Source: a virus (lineage: Duplodnaviria; Heunggongvirae; Uroviricota; Caudoviricetes). From it: a stretch of DNA of 64,000 nt. Location of the stretch: IMG/VR virus record IMGVR_UViG_3300014932_000131, one strand, 5' to 3'. A program made the translations under genes and the position numbers. Below are positions 1-8,968 of the stretch, piece by piece. The notes beneath the pieces are model-generated. The model was not told where the DNA came from and ran no database searches. It worked only from the letters and a program-made list of their open reading frames with translations. The stretch's first letter is position 1, and the number at the start of each line of letters is the position of its first letter.

Positions 1-11
1 TGTTAGATGAG

Positions 12-848
12 TTGAAAGGAAAGCGTGTGTTTATATCTTATGAATCTAAGAGTCTTGGAGATAGTATAGCTTGGATACCATACTGTTTAGAGTTCCAAGA
101 AGTGTACAAATGTGAGGTGATTGTATCCACATTTAAGAATGAGCTATTTGAAACTGCCTATCCTGAACTAAAGTTTGTGGGCAGAGGTGTGGTAGTACAC
201 AATATAGTTGCTCAAGTAGAACTTGGATGGTTTTGGGATAAAGATAAAGAACCTGTTCACCCAGCCACTATCCCATTACAACAAGCAGCCAGTAATGTAT
301 TAGCTCTTCCTCATAGAGAAATCTTGCCTAGGATAGCTTTTGTTCCTAATGAAAAGCCTATAGATGGTAAATACATATGTATATCTACAAGATCTACAGC
401 ACAATGTAAACACTGGTACTATTGGCCAGAGCTAATTCAATCATTAAAAGATATGGGATATAGAGTGTTTGAGATGTCTCAGGAGGCTGATGAGCTAGGA
501 GCAGAGAAGCTAGAAGATGTATCTTTGAACAATGTAATGAGCCATCTGTATTATGCAGAGTCATACATAGGCCTTTCTAGTGGCATTAGCTGGCTAAATT
601 GGGCACTTGGCAAGAAAGGGTATATGATTTCCAACTTTACATCAAAAGACCATGAATTTCAAAGTAATTGCGTAAGAATAGTAAAAGAGGATGTTTGCTA
701 TGGTTGTTGGCATAATCCACTATTTAAGTTCGATAAATCATCGTGGAATTGGTGTCCTGAGCATGAAGATACGCCAAGACAATTTGAGTGCCATACTTCA
801 ATTACAGCAGATATGGTAATAGCTGAAATAAAAAAAGCAGGTATTTAG
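12..848 (+). CDS. GT9-like (heptosyltransferase-fold) glycosyltransferase; TTG start, 5' end may lie upstream of the window
   Basis: Segment ICISTRS..KHWYYWPELIQSL..GYRVFEMS..ESYIGLSSGISWLNWALGKKGYMISNFT resembles the GT9 C-terminal signature (K/RRWP..E..L...G...GNDSG.MHLAAALG.P.V.LFG.T). C-terminal Cys cluster CYGCWH..C..CH. The reading frame is open back to window position 3. Confidence 0.5.
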   Translation: MKGKRVFISYESKSLGDSIAWIPYCLEFQEVYKCEVIVSTFKNELFETAYPELKFVGRGVVVHNIVAQVELGWFWDKDKEPVHPATIPLQQAASNVLALPHREILPRIAFVPNEKPIDGKYICISTRSTAQCKHWYYWPELIQSLKDMGYRVFEMSQEADELGAEKLEDVSLNNVMSHLYYAESYIGLSSGISWLNWALGKKGYMISNFTSKDHEFQSNCVRIVKEDVCYGCWHNPLFKFDKSSWNWCPEHEDTPRQFECHTSITADMVIAEIKKAGI

Positions 849-854
849 CCTGCT
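836..854. terminator. Bidirectional intrinsic terminator between convergent genes
   Basis: Stem AAGCAGG/CCTGCTT (7 bp) with loop TATTTAG overlapping the GT9 stop. On the minus-strand RNA the hairpin is followed by U7 (complement of A828-834). On the plus strand it is followed by ATATTT. Confidence 0.6.
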
Positions 855-879
855 TATATTTACTAAAACCATCAACACT

Positions 880-1221
880 CTACTTATCTAATTCTTTGCT
901 TAGTTCTACGATTGTTTTAGAAACCACTCCCCATTTCATTTCCTTGAATAGTTCTTTCAATTTACTGAAGTCGCTATCTTCTAATTCTAATGTGGCTGTT
1001 CTATCAAGCATAGAATCATTAAAATCTTCTGGCTTAATATCAAAAAGCCCTTTGTGTGCATCTACCTTGTCTAATAAACGCAATCTTTGCATCATTTCAT
1101 CCACATTAAAGCCGCCTTGTGTTGGATTGTTAATGGCACTTTTTAATAGGTCGTAACTTGTTAAAAATGTGTCCCTACCTTGAAGGCTTTCTTTAGCTCC
1201 TTTTAATTCAATTGATTTCAT
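880..1221 (-). CDS. hypothetical protein (113 aa); last gene of the minus-strand block
   Basis: Complete ORF, compact spacing, terminator immediately downstream. Confidence 0.5.
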   Translation of the reverse strand: MKSIELKGAKESLQGRDTFLTSYDLLKSAINNPTQGGFNVDEMMQRLRLLDKVDAHKGLFDIKPEDFNDSMLDRTATLELEDSDFSKLKELFKEMKWGVVSKTIVELSKELDK

Positions 1222-1267
1222 AGTATTATTTTTGACAAAATTATACCAATTAATTTAATTAAAAAAA

Positions 1268-1627
1268 TTAAATTCCTGAAGTTCCGCTAGTACCATCTGT
1301 ACCTGTTGTGCCACTTGTACCGCTAGTTCCTGAAGTATTAGGGCTTGGAGTTGGAGCTGGAGTTGGTGGAACATAATCCCCAATTATTGTAAGGTTAAGT
1401 TGTTCTGCAATCCAATCCCACGCAATATTATCCGTTGTCCATTGAGTGTATGCTTCGCCTGTCATAGTTAAATTACCTTGTGCAACCATACCTAAATTCT
1501 CATCTAAAAGAGCATAGTAAAAAGTAGCTGATACTCCTAATGCTACATTAATAGCATAGGCATTTAAGATTGTCGCTTGAACTGATTGTCCGTTTATCCA
1601 ACTTTGGATAGGAGAGATTTGTTTCAT
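1268..1627 (-). CDS. hypothetical protein with a short C-terminal collagen-like GTS repeat (possible fibre-gene remnant)
   Basis: 119-aa ORF ending ...PTPAPTPSPNTSGTSGTSGTTGTDGTSGTSGI*; the repeat matches those in the neighbouring fibre genes. Confidence 0.45.
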   Translation of the reverse strand: MKQISPIQSWINGQSVQATILNAYAINVALGVSATFYYALLDENLGMVAQGNLTMTGEAYTQWTTDNIAWDWIAEQLNLTIIGDYVPPTPAPTPSPNTSGTSGTSGTTGTDGTSGTSGI

Positions 1628-1655
1628 TTTTTATTTTATTTTTATTGTTTTAATA

Positions 1656-2477
1656 TTATGTACATGCTAAATCATAACCACTAGAATTACCATACAAATA
1701 TATTGTTTGATTTGCATATATTGCTGGAGGACTTACCCTTCCCGGGCAACTTGATGGTAATGCTGCATATGCTCCAACCCCAACAGAGGCTGCTGTAGTT
1801 CCATCGTTTATATCTACACTATCTCCTATTGCAAGAATTATTGTAGTTCCTGAGTTTACTGTTATTGAGCCAAATGATTGGTCTGAAGTTGTTACAGCAG
1901 GGGATGTAATTCTAGTATATGAAGAACCTCCATTAGTAGAATACCATACATATCTTCCACTATGAGTTGCATTTTGTTTTGCATGTATAGTTACTGAATA
2001 TGTTGTTGGTGCACAGGCAGATATACTATATATAGAAGCACCATCTAATAAAAAACTAGAGCCATTCATTGAAAAATAATTACCATCAGAAACTAAGAAA
2101 GTTCCACTTGTATCATAAAACAATGCAGTTCCATTCCCAAATGAACCATAATAATAAGCTGTAATGCTACCACCACTAGCATGAGCACATGCTTGTGAGC
2201 CATCTCCAGCAAACCCAGTTACTTCTACAGGATTAGCACCAGTATTTATAGTAGTATAATAAAATGTTGCACTACTAGGTACTATGCCAACTATATCTTG
2301 ATACATTACACATTGATTATTTGCATAACTTGCAAAAGCTCCTGTATTATTTACATAATAGTAAGTGTTAATAAAGCTTTTAGTAGCTATACGATTACCT
2401 ATTGGTGGGGTACTTTTAGTGGTAAGCCCCATAGTGGTTAAATCATCATATGTAACTAAATAATTATTACTTTTCAT
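1656..2477 (-). CDS. hypothetical Ser/Thr/Gly/Tyr-rich protein, probably tail-fibre associated
   Basis: 273-aa ORF overlapping the upstream fibre gene by 11 nt (operon packing); beta-rich composition typical of fibre or receptor-binding proteins. Confidence 0.5.
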   Translation of the reverse strand: MKSNNYLVTYDDLTTMGLTTKSTPPIGNRIATKSFINTYYYVNNTGAFASYANNQCVMYQDIVGIVPSSATFYYTTINTGANPVEVTGFAGDGSQACAHASGGSITAYYYGSFGNGTALFYDTSGTFLVSDGNYFSMNGSSFLLDGASIYSISACAPTTYSVTIHAKQNATHSGRYVWYSTNGGSSYTRITSPAVTTSDQSFGSITVNSGTTIILAIGDSVDINDGTTAASVGVGAYAALPSSCPGRVSPPAIYANQTIYLYGNSSGYDLACT

Positions 2478-5400
2478 TTAGCAGAGTTTTTAATTCTTTT
2501 ATTTCTTGTTCTAAAGCGTAGATTTTAGCAGTATGCACCTCACGATAAGAAAGGCTTAACATATCATCACTACCTTTTGAAACCGCACTATCTAAAACAC
2601 CAACTAAATCTTGAGCATAATATCCTAATTCAACCTTTCCGTTTTTAGTGTAAAGTTTTGGAGTAATTGATGCAATGCCTTTTGTTTGGTAGTTATCTTG
2701 GATAAGTGTTTTGATACGCATATCACTTGATTCAAAAAATGATGTTCCTGTATATTTTCCATAAGCATAAACATCTCCATTTACATTTAATCTTTCGCTA
2801 CCTACTATTGTTCCTAATGTACCACTTCCGTTTGCTACTTGTAAGATACCCCCACTTGTAATACGCATTCTTTCGGTAAGAGCATTACCAATGGCACCTG
2901 TTGCTTTATTTGCAAATATTATATTAGCTCCATAGTTTGAATCAGTTGCATAAATACTAGCTTGAGCTGGATTAGCTGCTACTTCTCCATCTGTCATTGA
3001 AGGAGATAAATTAATTCCAACTTGTGTACTTACACCTTGATTTGATACAATATTTTGAAATACATTACCAGCAGTTGCTTGGTATAACATTAATTTACCA
3101 GTAGGACTACTTGTTCCTATACCTACATTACCTCCGCTACCTGTATTTAATATTAATTTTTGTCCATCAATATATAATGGTTTATCATATCCACCACCGC
3201 TTCTATTAAAGCCTTGTATAGCATATAAATTAGCACTTGAAGTATATCCCATTTCTAAACAATAACCACTACTTCCTGAAGTATATCCTGTTGCAATATA
3301 TCCTCCATTTGCTGTTACACTACTTGAGAATGTAGCTGCACCTGTTGAGGCTAGGGTAAAGTTATTAGCACTTTGACTACTATTATAAATATTAAAACTA
3401 TTATTAGAAGCATCTAAATATAACTGCCATTTAGTAGTGCCATTGTTTTGATATTGTATTTGTTGACTTTGAGTTCCTGAAATACTATTTAATTTAATTC
3501 CATTGTCGCCACTAATTAAATATCCTCCTGTACCTGCCGTTACACTACTTGAGAATGTAGCTGCACCTGTTGAGGCTATATTAAAAGCATATATATCATC
3601 TGTTACATTTCTTATAGCAAATTTGCCACCACCATAAACTCCATCACTACTATTTGTAGAATAAACTTCCCATTGTTTTCCTCCTGTATGTGTATTATTT
3701 AATCTTAATGTTGCTCTATAACCATCAGCGTAAGACATTGTAGAAGATAAAACAGAATTAGCAGCACCACTATTATTTGCGGTTATTGTACCTGTTGCCG
3801 TTACACTTGAACTAAATGTAGCTGCACCTGTTGAGGCTATGGTAAGTCCTAGTGAACCACTACCATATAATATTTTAGTTCCATATGTGGCATCTCCACT
3901 TCCACCTACTAAAATAAATTTATTTGTATTGTCTGCATAAAAAGCACCTTTTTCAGCTCCTGAAAAATATAGATTAAATGCAGCATATTGACCACTTAAT
4001 CCATCTGCTATTATTCTAGGTGTTGAAGCATTACTACAAGTTAAATTTCCACTAAACCTACCCGTTCCGTTTACATCTAGCTTGTAGCCTGCGTTAGATG
4101 ATTGTCCTATTGAAGTATTACCGTCAGTCCATAAAACTAAATCATTAGAACTTTCTCTACCCGATAACGCTAATGGTATATAAACACCACCACTTATATA
4201 ATTGGAAGATATTAAATTATAACCACTATTATTTGGTCTTACATAAACTGCGTGTACATTTGCATTTTCAACTAATTCTATTGCTAATGGTCTTGAAGTT
4301 GCAGCTTGAATTACAAATGTTCTACTTCCTAAACCTACACTATTAAATCCACCAAATCCACCTCCATCATAAAACGCACTATTCCCTATTGTACTTGTAC
4401 CTGTAAACTTAGGTAGGTATCCACTTGTTCCTGTGCCTGTAACTTGATTGGTAGGAGTATAACCTGATGTACCCGAACTACCACTTGTACCACTTGTTCC
4501 GTTTACGCCACTTGTACCATTAATTCCAGATGTACCAGAACTACCACTTGTACCTGTGCTTCCTGAAGTACCAGTTGTCCCAGATGTTCCTGTGGTACCG
4601 CTAGTACCGTTTATCCCACTTGTCCCTGATGTTCCGCTAGTACCATTTATTCCACTAGTTCCAGATGTTCCTGTAGTTCCTGACGTACCAGTTGTACCTG
4701 ATGTTCCTGTGCTACCACTTGTACCAGAAGTACCCGTACTACCACTTGTTCCTGTTGTTCCTGAAGAACCGCTAGTTCCTGAAGTTCCACTTGTTCCAGT
4801 TGTTCCTGAAGTACCTGTTGTTCCACTAGTACCATTTGTACCATTTATACCGCTAGTTCCTGATGTTCCTGTTGTGCCACTTGTTCCGCTTGTACCATTA
4901 ATACCTGAAGTGCCGCTAGTCCCTGTAGTTCCACTAGTTCCGCTAGTACCCGTAGTCCCACTAGTTCCGCTTGTTCCACTTGTTCCTGTAGTTCCACTTG
5001 TTCCTGTAGTACCAGAAGTCCCTGTTGTACCAGAAGTTCCTGTAGTACCACTTGTCCCCGCACTACCGCTGCTCCCAGATGTACCATTAACTCCACTAGT
5101 TCCAGATGTTCCCGAAGGAGCATTTAATGAAGTAGTAATATATGAATAATTAGCTGTTCCTTCTGTATAAAAAGTGAATGAATCAGCTCCTCCACTACTA
5201 TTATTTGCAAATAATGTAACATATAATCTATCTGTTACATTCATTGATGTTGATGGCACAAAACCATCAAAATAATAAGATGTAATACTAGCACTTCTTA
5301 TTAATGGGACAACACCTGATGTTGCAATCAAAGTTGATACACCGCCTGTTGTATATTTATATAATTGTGCGTAAATAGATATATCTGGTGTATGAGGAAC

Positions 5401-7464
5401 ATTTGATAAAATATTTACATTATATCCCCATATACCAGAAGCTAACTGTGTTAAGTTTGGTACATTACTATCTGTAGCAAATGTTTGCCATAAATTTCCT
5501 GTTGAATTTGCAGGGACAGAAAATGTAAGTGTTTGTTCAGCAGCACCTGATGTTAAGGTTGACATCTGCTTATAAGTAGGAGAACCAAAGTTTGTATTTG
5601 TTAATACAGATTGATTTAAATAATATATTTGACCACCAGATACACCACTTACACCAGAACTACCTGCTGTTGCAGATGTACCAGAACTGCCTGATGTTGC
5701 ACTAGTTCCAGAAGATGCAGATGTTCCACCACTTCCACTGGTACCAGAACTACCACTAGTTCCTGATGTTCCAGCTGTAGCTGAAGTTCCACTTGAACCA
5801 GAGGTTGCACTTGAACCAGATGTACCTGATGTACCAACTGTTCCAGATGTACCACTGCTACCACTAGAACCATCAGATCCATTTGTACCACTTGTGCCTG
5901 AACTTCCACTAGTAGCAGATGTACCACTTGAACCACTTGTGGCAGATGTTCCTGAACTTGCACTGGTTCCAGATGTTCCACTAGAACCATCTGTACCTGT
6001 TGTACCAGATGAGCCATCTGTTCCTGAAGAACCACTGGTTCCAGATGAACCTGAACTTCCAGATGTACCTGCAGTTCCACTAGTTGCACTTGTTCCTGAA
6101 GAACCTGAAGAACCACTAGATCCTGCTGTTGCACTTGTACCAGAAGTACCAGAGCTACCATCAGTTCCACTTGAACCACTAGTTGCTGACGTTCCACTAG
6201 ATCCAGAAGTTCCACTTGAACCTGAAGTTCCTGAAGAAGCTGATGTACCAGATGAACCCTCTGTTCCACTAGATCCACTAGAAGCTGAGGTTCCACTTGA
6301 CCCACTTGTACCTGATCCACCAGATGTTCCAGAAGAGCCAGATGTTCCAGCATCTCCTGATGTACCACTTGACGCAGATGTACCACTAGTTCCTGAAGAG
6401 CCATCAGTTCCTGATGAACCATCAGTACCAGAACTTCCATCAGTTCCTGTTGTACCACTTGTTCCACTAGAACCATCAGTTCCAGAAGAACCAGATGATC
6501 CACTTGTACCAGACGTTCCACTAGAACCTGATGTACCTGATGTTCCAGAAGAACCATCTGTTCCAGATGTTCCAGAAGTTCCACTAGAGCCACTAGCCCC
6601 TGCTGAGCTTTTAAGTAGGGCTACAGAGGAGCTAATTTTTATGTATACAGGAAGTATCCCTGTTAAAGGTTTGACGTCTGTTAAGCTTCCAGGTGCTGCT
6701 GGATCGAAATATAATATATCTCCAACATTACCAACAGTGATGTTAAGACCATCCACTATTCTACCTAATGGTCTAATTCTTAAATTACCCCCTTCTGGTG
6801 TATTGACAGATGTCACTATACCAGCTATACTCATTAGGTCATTTTCTGTGGTGCCTGTCACTTGGACAAACTCTCCACTTGAATTTATACTAACAAAATC
6901 TCCTTCACTGAATGAGGAGTAGATGGTTGAATTAATGTCTAGAGAAAAGAAATCTGTAAGATAGTTTCTGAAGCGAAATCTACCAGTGATGTCATTAAAC
7001 CAGTTAGTTAAATCTCCTATCTGAGATCTGATTTGGTCTGTTGGTGTAATGATGGGAAGACCATCTAAGCCTATGCTAAAGAACAATCCTGTAAATCCCT
7101 CAACAGGAAAGTTGTTACCCATTCCTGAGTTGTCTGTAACAAGATTGTAAAGATCAACATCCTCAATGACTACCTGACATGAGGTTCCTGATGGACCTAC
7201 ACTTGTTATAGATTGGATTCTATAAGCATAGCCATTAGTAAGACCAAACCACATTCCCTCTGTTAGATTACTAGCATCATAAAGAAGTTGTGGTGTAGTG
7301 TCGTAAGAACTTGTTTCTTGGGGTAGTACTGTAAAGGTACAAGTAAAAACAAATGGAGAGCCATCCCAAGGGGATAGTGCATTACTATATGTAGAAGTTA
7401 TGCTTGTAGACCCAAAGTTGATACTTGCAGGAATACAAATTGGTGGGGTTATTAAACTCGCCAT
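2467..7464 (-). CDS. Long tail fibre/tailspike: two collagen-like (G-T/S-S/T)n segments, repeated GAATFSSSVTA modules, C-terminal peptidase-S74 intramolecular-chaperone (autoproteolytic) domain
   Basis: 1665 aa. C-terminus ...SSDMRIKTL...GYYAQDLVGVLDSAV...LSLSYREVHTAKIYALEQEIKELKTLL matches the S74 hallmarks (SDxRxK cleavage motif plus terminal coiled coil). Three near-identical STGAATFSSSVTA modules. Long GTS triplet tracts. Confidence 0.8.
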   Translation of the reverse strand: MASLITPPICIPASINFGSTSITSTYSNALSPWDGSPFVFTCTFTVLPQETSSYDTTPQLLYDASNLTEGMWFGLTNGYAYRIQSITSVGPSGTSCQVVIEDVDLYNLVTDNSGMGNNFPVEGFTGLFFSIGLDGLPIITPTDQIRSQIGDLTNWFNDITGRFRFRNYLTDFFSLDINSTIYSSFSEGDFVSINSSGEFVQVTGTTENDLMSIAGIVTSVNTPEGGNLRIRPLGRIVDGLNITVGNVGDILYFDPAAPGSLTDVKPLTGILPVYIKISSSVALLKSSAGASGSSGTSGTSGTDGSSGTSGTSGSSGTSGTSGSSGSSGTDGSSGTSGTTGTDGSSGTDGSSGTDGSSGTSGTSASSGTSGDAGTSGSSGTSGGSGTSGSSGTSASSGSSGTEGSSGTSASSGTSGSSGTSGSSGTSATSGSSGTDGSSGTSGTSATAGSSGSSGSSGTSATSGTAGTSGSSGSSGTSGSSGTDGSSGTTGTDGSSGTSGTSASSGTSATSGSSGTSATSGSSGTSGTNGSDGSSGSSGTSGTVGTSGTSGSSATSGSSGTSATAGTSGTSGSSGTSGSGGTSASSGTSATSGSSGTSATAGSSGVSGVSGGQIYYLNQSVLTNTNFGSPTYKQMSTLTSGAAEQTLTFSVPANSTGNLWQTFATDSNVPNLTQLASGIWGYNVNILSNVPHTPDISIYAQLYKYTTGGVSTLIATSGVVPLIRSASITSYYFDGFVPSTSMNVTDRLYVTLFANNSSGGADSFTFYTEGTANYSYITTSLNAPSGTSGTSGVNGTSGSSGSAGTSGTTGTSGTTGTSGTTGTSGTTGTSGTSGTSGTTGTSGTSGTTGTSGTSGINGTSGTSGTTGTSGTSGINGTNGTSGTTGTSGTTGTSGTSGTSGSSGTTGTSGSTGTSGTSGSTGTSGTTGTSGTTGTSGTSGINGTSGTSGTSGINGTSGTTGTSGTTGTSGSTGTSGSSGTSGINGTSGVNGTSGTSGSSGTSGYTPTNQVTGTGTSGYLPKFTGTSTIGNSAFYDGGGFGGFNSVGLGSRTFVIQAATSRPLAIELVENANVHAVYVRPNNSGYNLISSNYISGGVYIPLALSGRESSNDLVLWTDGNTSIGQSSNAGYKLDVNGTGRFSGNLTCSNASTPRIIADGLSGQYAAFNLYFSGAEKGAFYADNTNKFILVGGSGDATYGTKILYGSGSLGLTIASTGAATFSSSVTATGTITANNSGAANSVLSSTMSYADGYRATLRLNNTHTGGKQWEVYSTNSSDGVYGGGKFAIRNVTDDIYAFNIASTGAATFSSSVTAGTGGYLISGDNGIKLNSISGTQSQQIQYQNNGTTKWQLYLDASNNSFNIYNSSQSANNFTLASTGAATFSSSVTANGGYIATGYTSGSSGYCLEMGYTSSANLYAIQGFNRSGGGYDKPLYIDGQKLILNTGSGGNVGIGTSSPTGKLMLYQATAGNVFQNIVSNQGVSTQVGINLSPSMTDGEVAANPAQASIYATDSNYGANIIFANKATGAIGNALTERMRITSGGILQVANGSGTLGTIVGSERLNVNGDVYAYGKYTGTSFFESSDMRIKTLIQDNYQTKGIASITPKLYTKNGKVELGYYAQDLVGVLDSAVSKGSDDMLSLSYREVHTAKIYALEQEIKELKTLLNEK
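4480..5110. repeat. Collagen-like triplet-repeat DNA, second block in fibre gene 2467..7464
   Basis: GTSGTTGTSG... tract. Spurious ORFs 4556..5149 +, 4647..4844 - and 4845..5123 -. Approximate bounds. Confidence 0.7.
5590..6600. repeat. Collagen-like triplet-repeat DNA (GGT-ACY-AGY...)n, first block in fibre gene 2467..7464
   Basis: About 1 kb of 9-nt periodic low-complexity sequence. Generates spurious alternative-frame ORFs on both strands (5649..6593 -, 5894..6922 +). Approximate bounds. Confidence 0.7.
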
Positions 7465-7472
7465 GTTTCATT

Positions 7473-8825
7473 TTAAACTTTTGCTAAGAAATAAAGAGTC
7501 AGTGTGGAATTACCTGTTGAACTATAGCCTGCATTTGTAGGATTCATGCTATAGAAAGTCATTCCTGTATATGTACTATTTTGGAACATTGAGTAGTTAC
7601 CAGTGGTATTTCCTACAAAAGATCTTGTAAGCACTATAGTGTTGTTTACACCACTTGTATAAGCACCCACAATAACATTTCCTAATGGTTGTGTGATATC
7701 AAATATTGTTGCAGAAGTAACAGTGAATGCCCATCCTGGAGCACCAATCAAATTAGCTCCATTAGGATCTGTAGCACTAGCTACACTAGATAACAATCCA
7801 TTACTAGTATTAATTACAATAGTAAAAACTTGTAATGTTCCTGTTGGTGTAGCACCAGACGTACCAGATGATCCTGTTCCACCACTAGTACCTGTTGTAC
7901 CAGCTGTTCCACTTGAACCATCAGTTCCAGTTGTACCAGCACTACCACTAGATGCACTTGTACCAGCTGATCCACTTGTACCTGTAGTTCCACTTGATCC
8001 AGATGTGCCAGACGTACCACTTGATCCATTAGTACCATTAGTTCCACTAGAACCACTTGTTCCAGATGATCCGCTAACACCACTTGAACCATTGGTTCCA
8101 GAGCTTCCTGAAGTACCTGAGCTACCATCTCCACCACTTGCACCATCTAGATTAATAACCCAAGAGTTATATGTTCCAGATCCTACAGTGCGTGTAGGAG
8201 CAGCAAATACTAACAATCCTGTAACACTATCATAACTTACCACTTTACATTCTTGGAAGTTATTAACGTTATATGTAATGATGATAGATTGTAAAAGAGT
8301 ATAAGCAAGTCCTGTTCCTACAGTCATACTTCCACTATTACCTAATGTAAAAGAACTAGTTGATGTTGTTTTATATCTATCTCCTGAAAGACCACTAGAT
8401 CCACTAGAGCCACTAGAAGCAGCTGTACCAGAGGTACCTGTACGACCACTAGAGCCTGATGTACCTGCAGAACCACTTGTTCCTGTAGAACCAGAAGTTC
8501 CACTTATACCACTAGAGCCAGAGCTTCCTGATGTACCACTAGTACCAGACCTACCACTAGATCCACTTGTACCACTAGCACCTGATGTGCCAGCAGTTCC
8601 AGATCTACCACTAGAGCCACTAGATCCTGAACTTCCACTAGCACCAGATGTACCAGAAGAACCAAACAAACCTGCACCACATACAGCAGCATCAAGTTTC
8701 TCAATAATAGTTTGTAAATTATCGTTGGTATTAATACCAGAGCATATCAAATTAGAACCTTCGTAAAATACGCAAGTTGAATCTAATATAACTGGACATG
8801 GGGTTGCTGAGCAAGTAATGTTCAT
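7473..8825 (-). CDS. Collagen-like tail-fibre protein with Cys-containing N-terminal anchor domain and C-terminal globular (receptor-binding?) domain
   Basis: 450 aa. Two GSSGTSG.. segments. The N-terminus MNITCSATPCPV..FYEGSNLICSG..LQTIIEKLDAAV resembles the N-termini of ORFs 44865..45857 and 45877..46983. Confidence 0.7.
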   Translation of the reverse strand: MNITCSATPCPVILDSTCVFYEGSNLICSGINTNDNLQTIIEKLDAAVCGAGLFGSSGTSGASGSSGSSGSSGRSGTAGTSGASGTSGSSGRSGTSGTSGSSGSSGISGTSGSTGTSGSAGTSGSSGRTGTSGTAASSGSSGSSGLSGDRYKTTSTSSFTLGNSGSMTVGTGLAYTLLQSIIITYNVNNFQECKVVSYDSVTGLLVFAAPTRTVGSGTYNSWVINLDGASGGDGSSGTSGSSGTNGSSGVSGSSGTSGSSGTNGTNGSSGTSGTSGSSGTTGTSGSAGTSASSGSAGTTGTDGSSGTAGTTGTSGGTGSSGTSGATPTGTLQVFTIVINTSNGLLSSVASATDPNGANLIGAPGWAFTVTSATIFDITQPLGNVIVGAYTSGVNNTIVLTRSFVGNTTGNYSMFQNSTYTGMTFYSMNPTNAGYSSTGNSTLTLYFLAKV

Positions 8826-8849
8826 AGTAGTAATGTGTTATGTGTAATG

Positions 8850-8875
8850 TATTGATATACAAAGAAGTGCACAAA
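8850..8875 (-). terminator. Candidate hairpin downstream of the 1639-aa gene (GTGCACA-N12-TGTGCAC)
   Basis: 7-bp perfect inverted repeat in the 143-bp gap between 8969 and 8825; weak U-tract. Confidence 0.3.
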
Positions 8876-8968
8876 ACTTATAGGATGTGCACTAATTGTA
8901 GCAAAAATAGTGAATTTAATTTATTTCCAATGAGTTATATAAAACATTCCTATATAATATAGCAATGT

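Noticed and set aside
4556-6922. Long alternative-frame ORFs (Pro/Val-rich on plus, Gln/Leu/Val-rich on minus; e.g. 4556..5149 +, 5894..6922 +, 5649..6593 -, 4647..5123 -) overlapping the 1665-aa fibre gene
   Set aside because: Artefacts of the 9-nt periodic collagen-like repeat DNA; every frame stays open; no independent start context; the minus-strand frame encoding G-T-S repeats is continuous with flanking conserved fibre domains
7693-8704. ORFs 7693..8235 +, 7814..8146 - and 8504..8704 - inside the 450-aa collagen-like gene; likewise 45212..45688 - and 45349..45543 + inside the 330-aa fibre gene
   Set aside because: Same repeat-driven artefact
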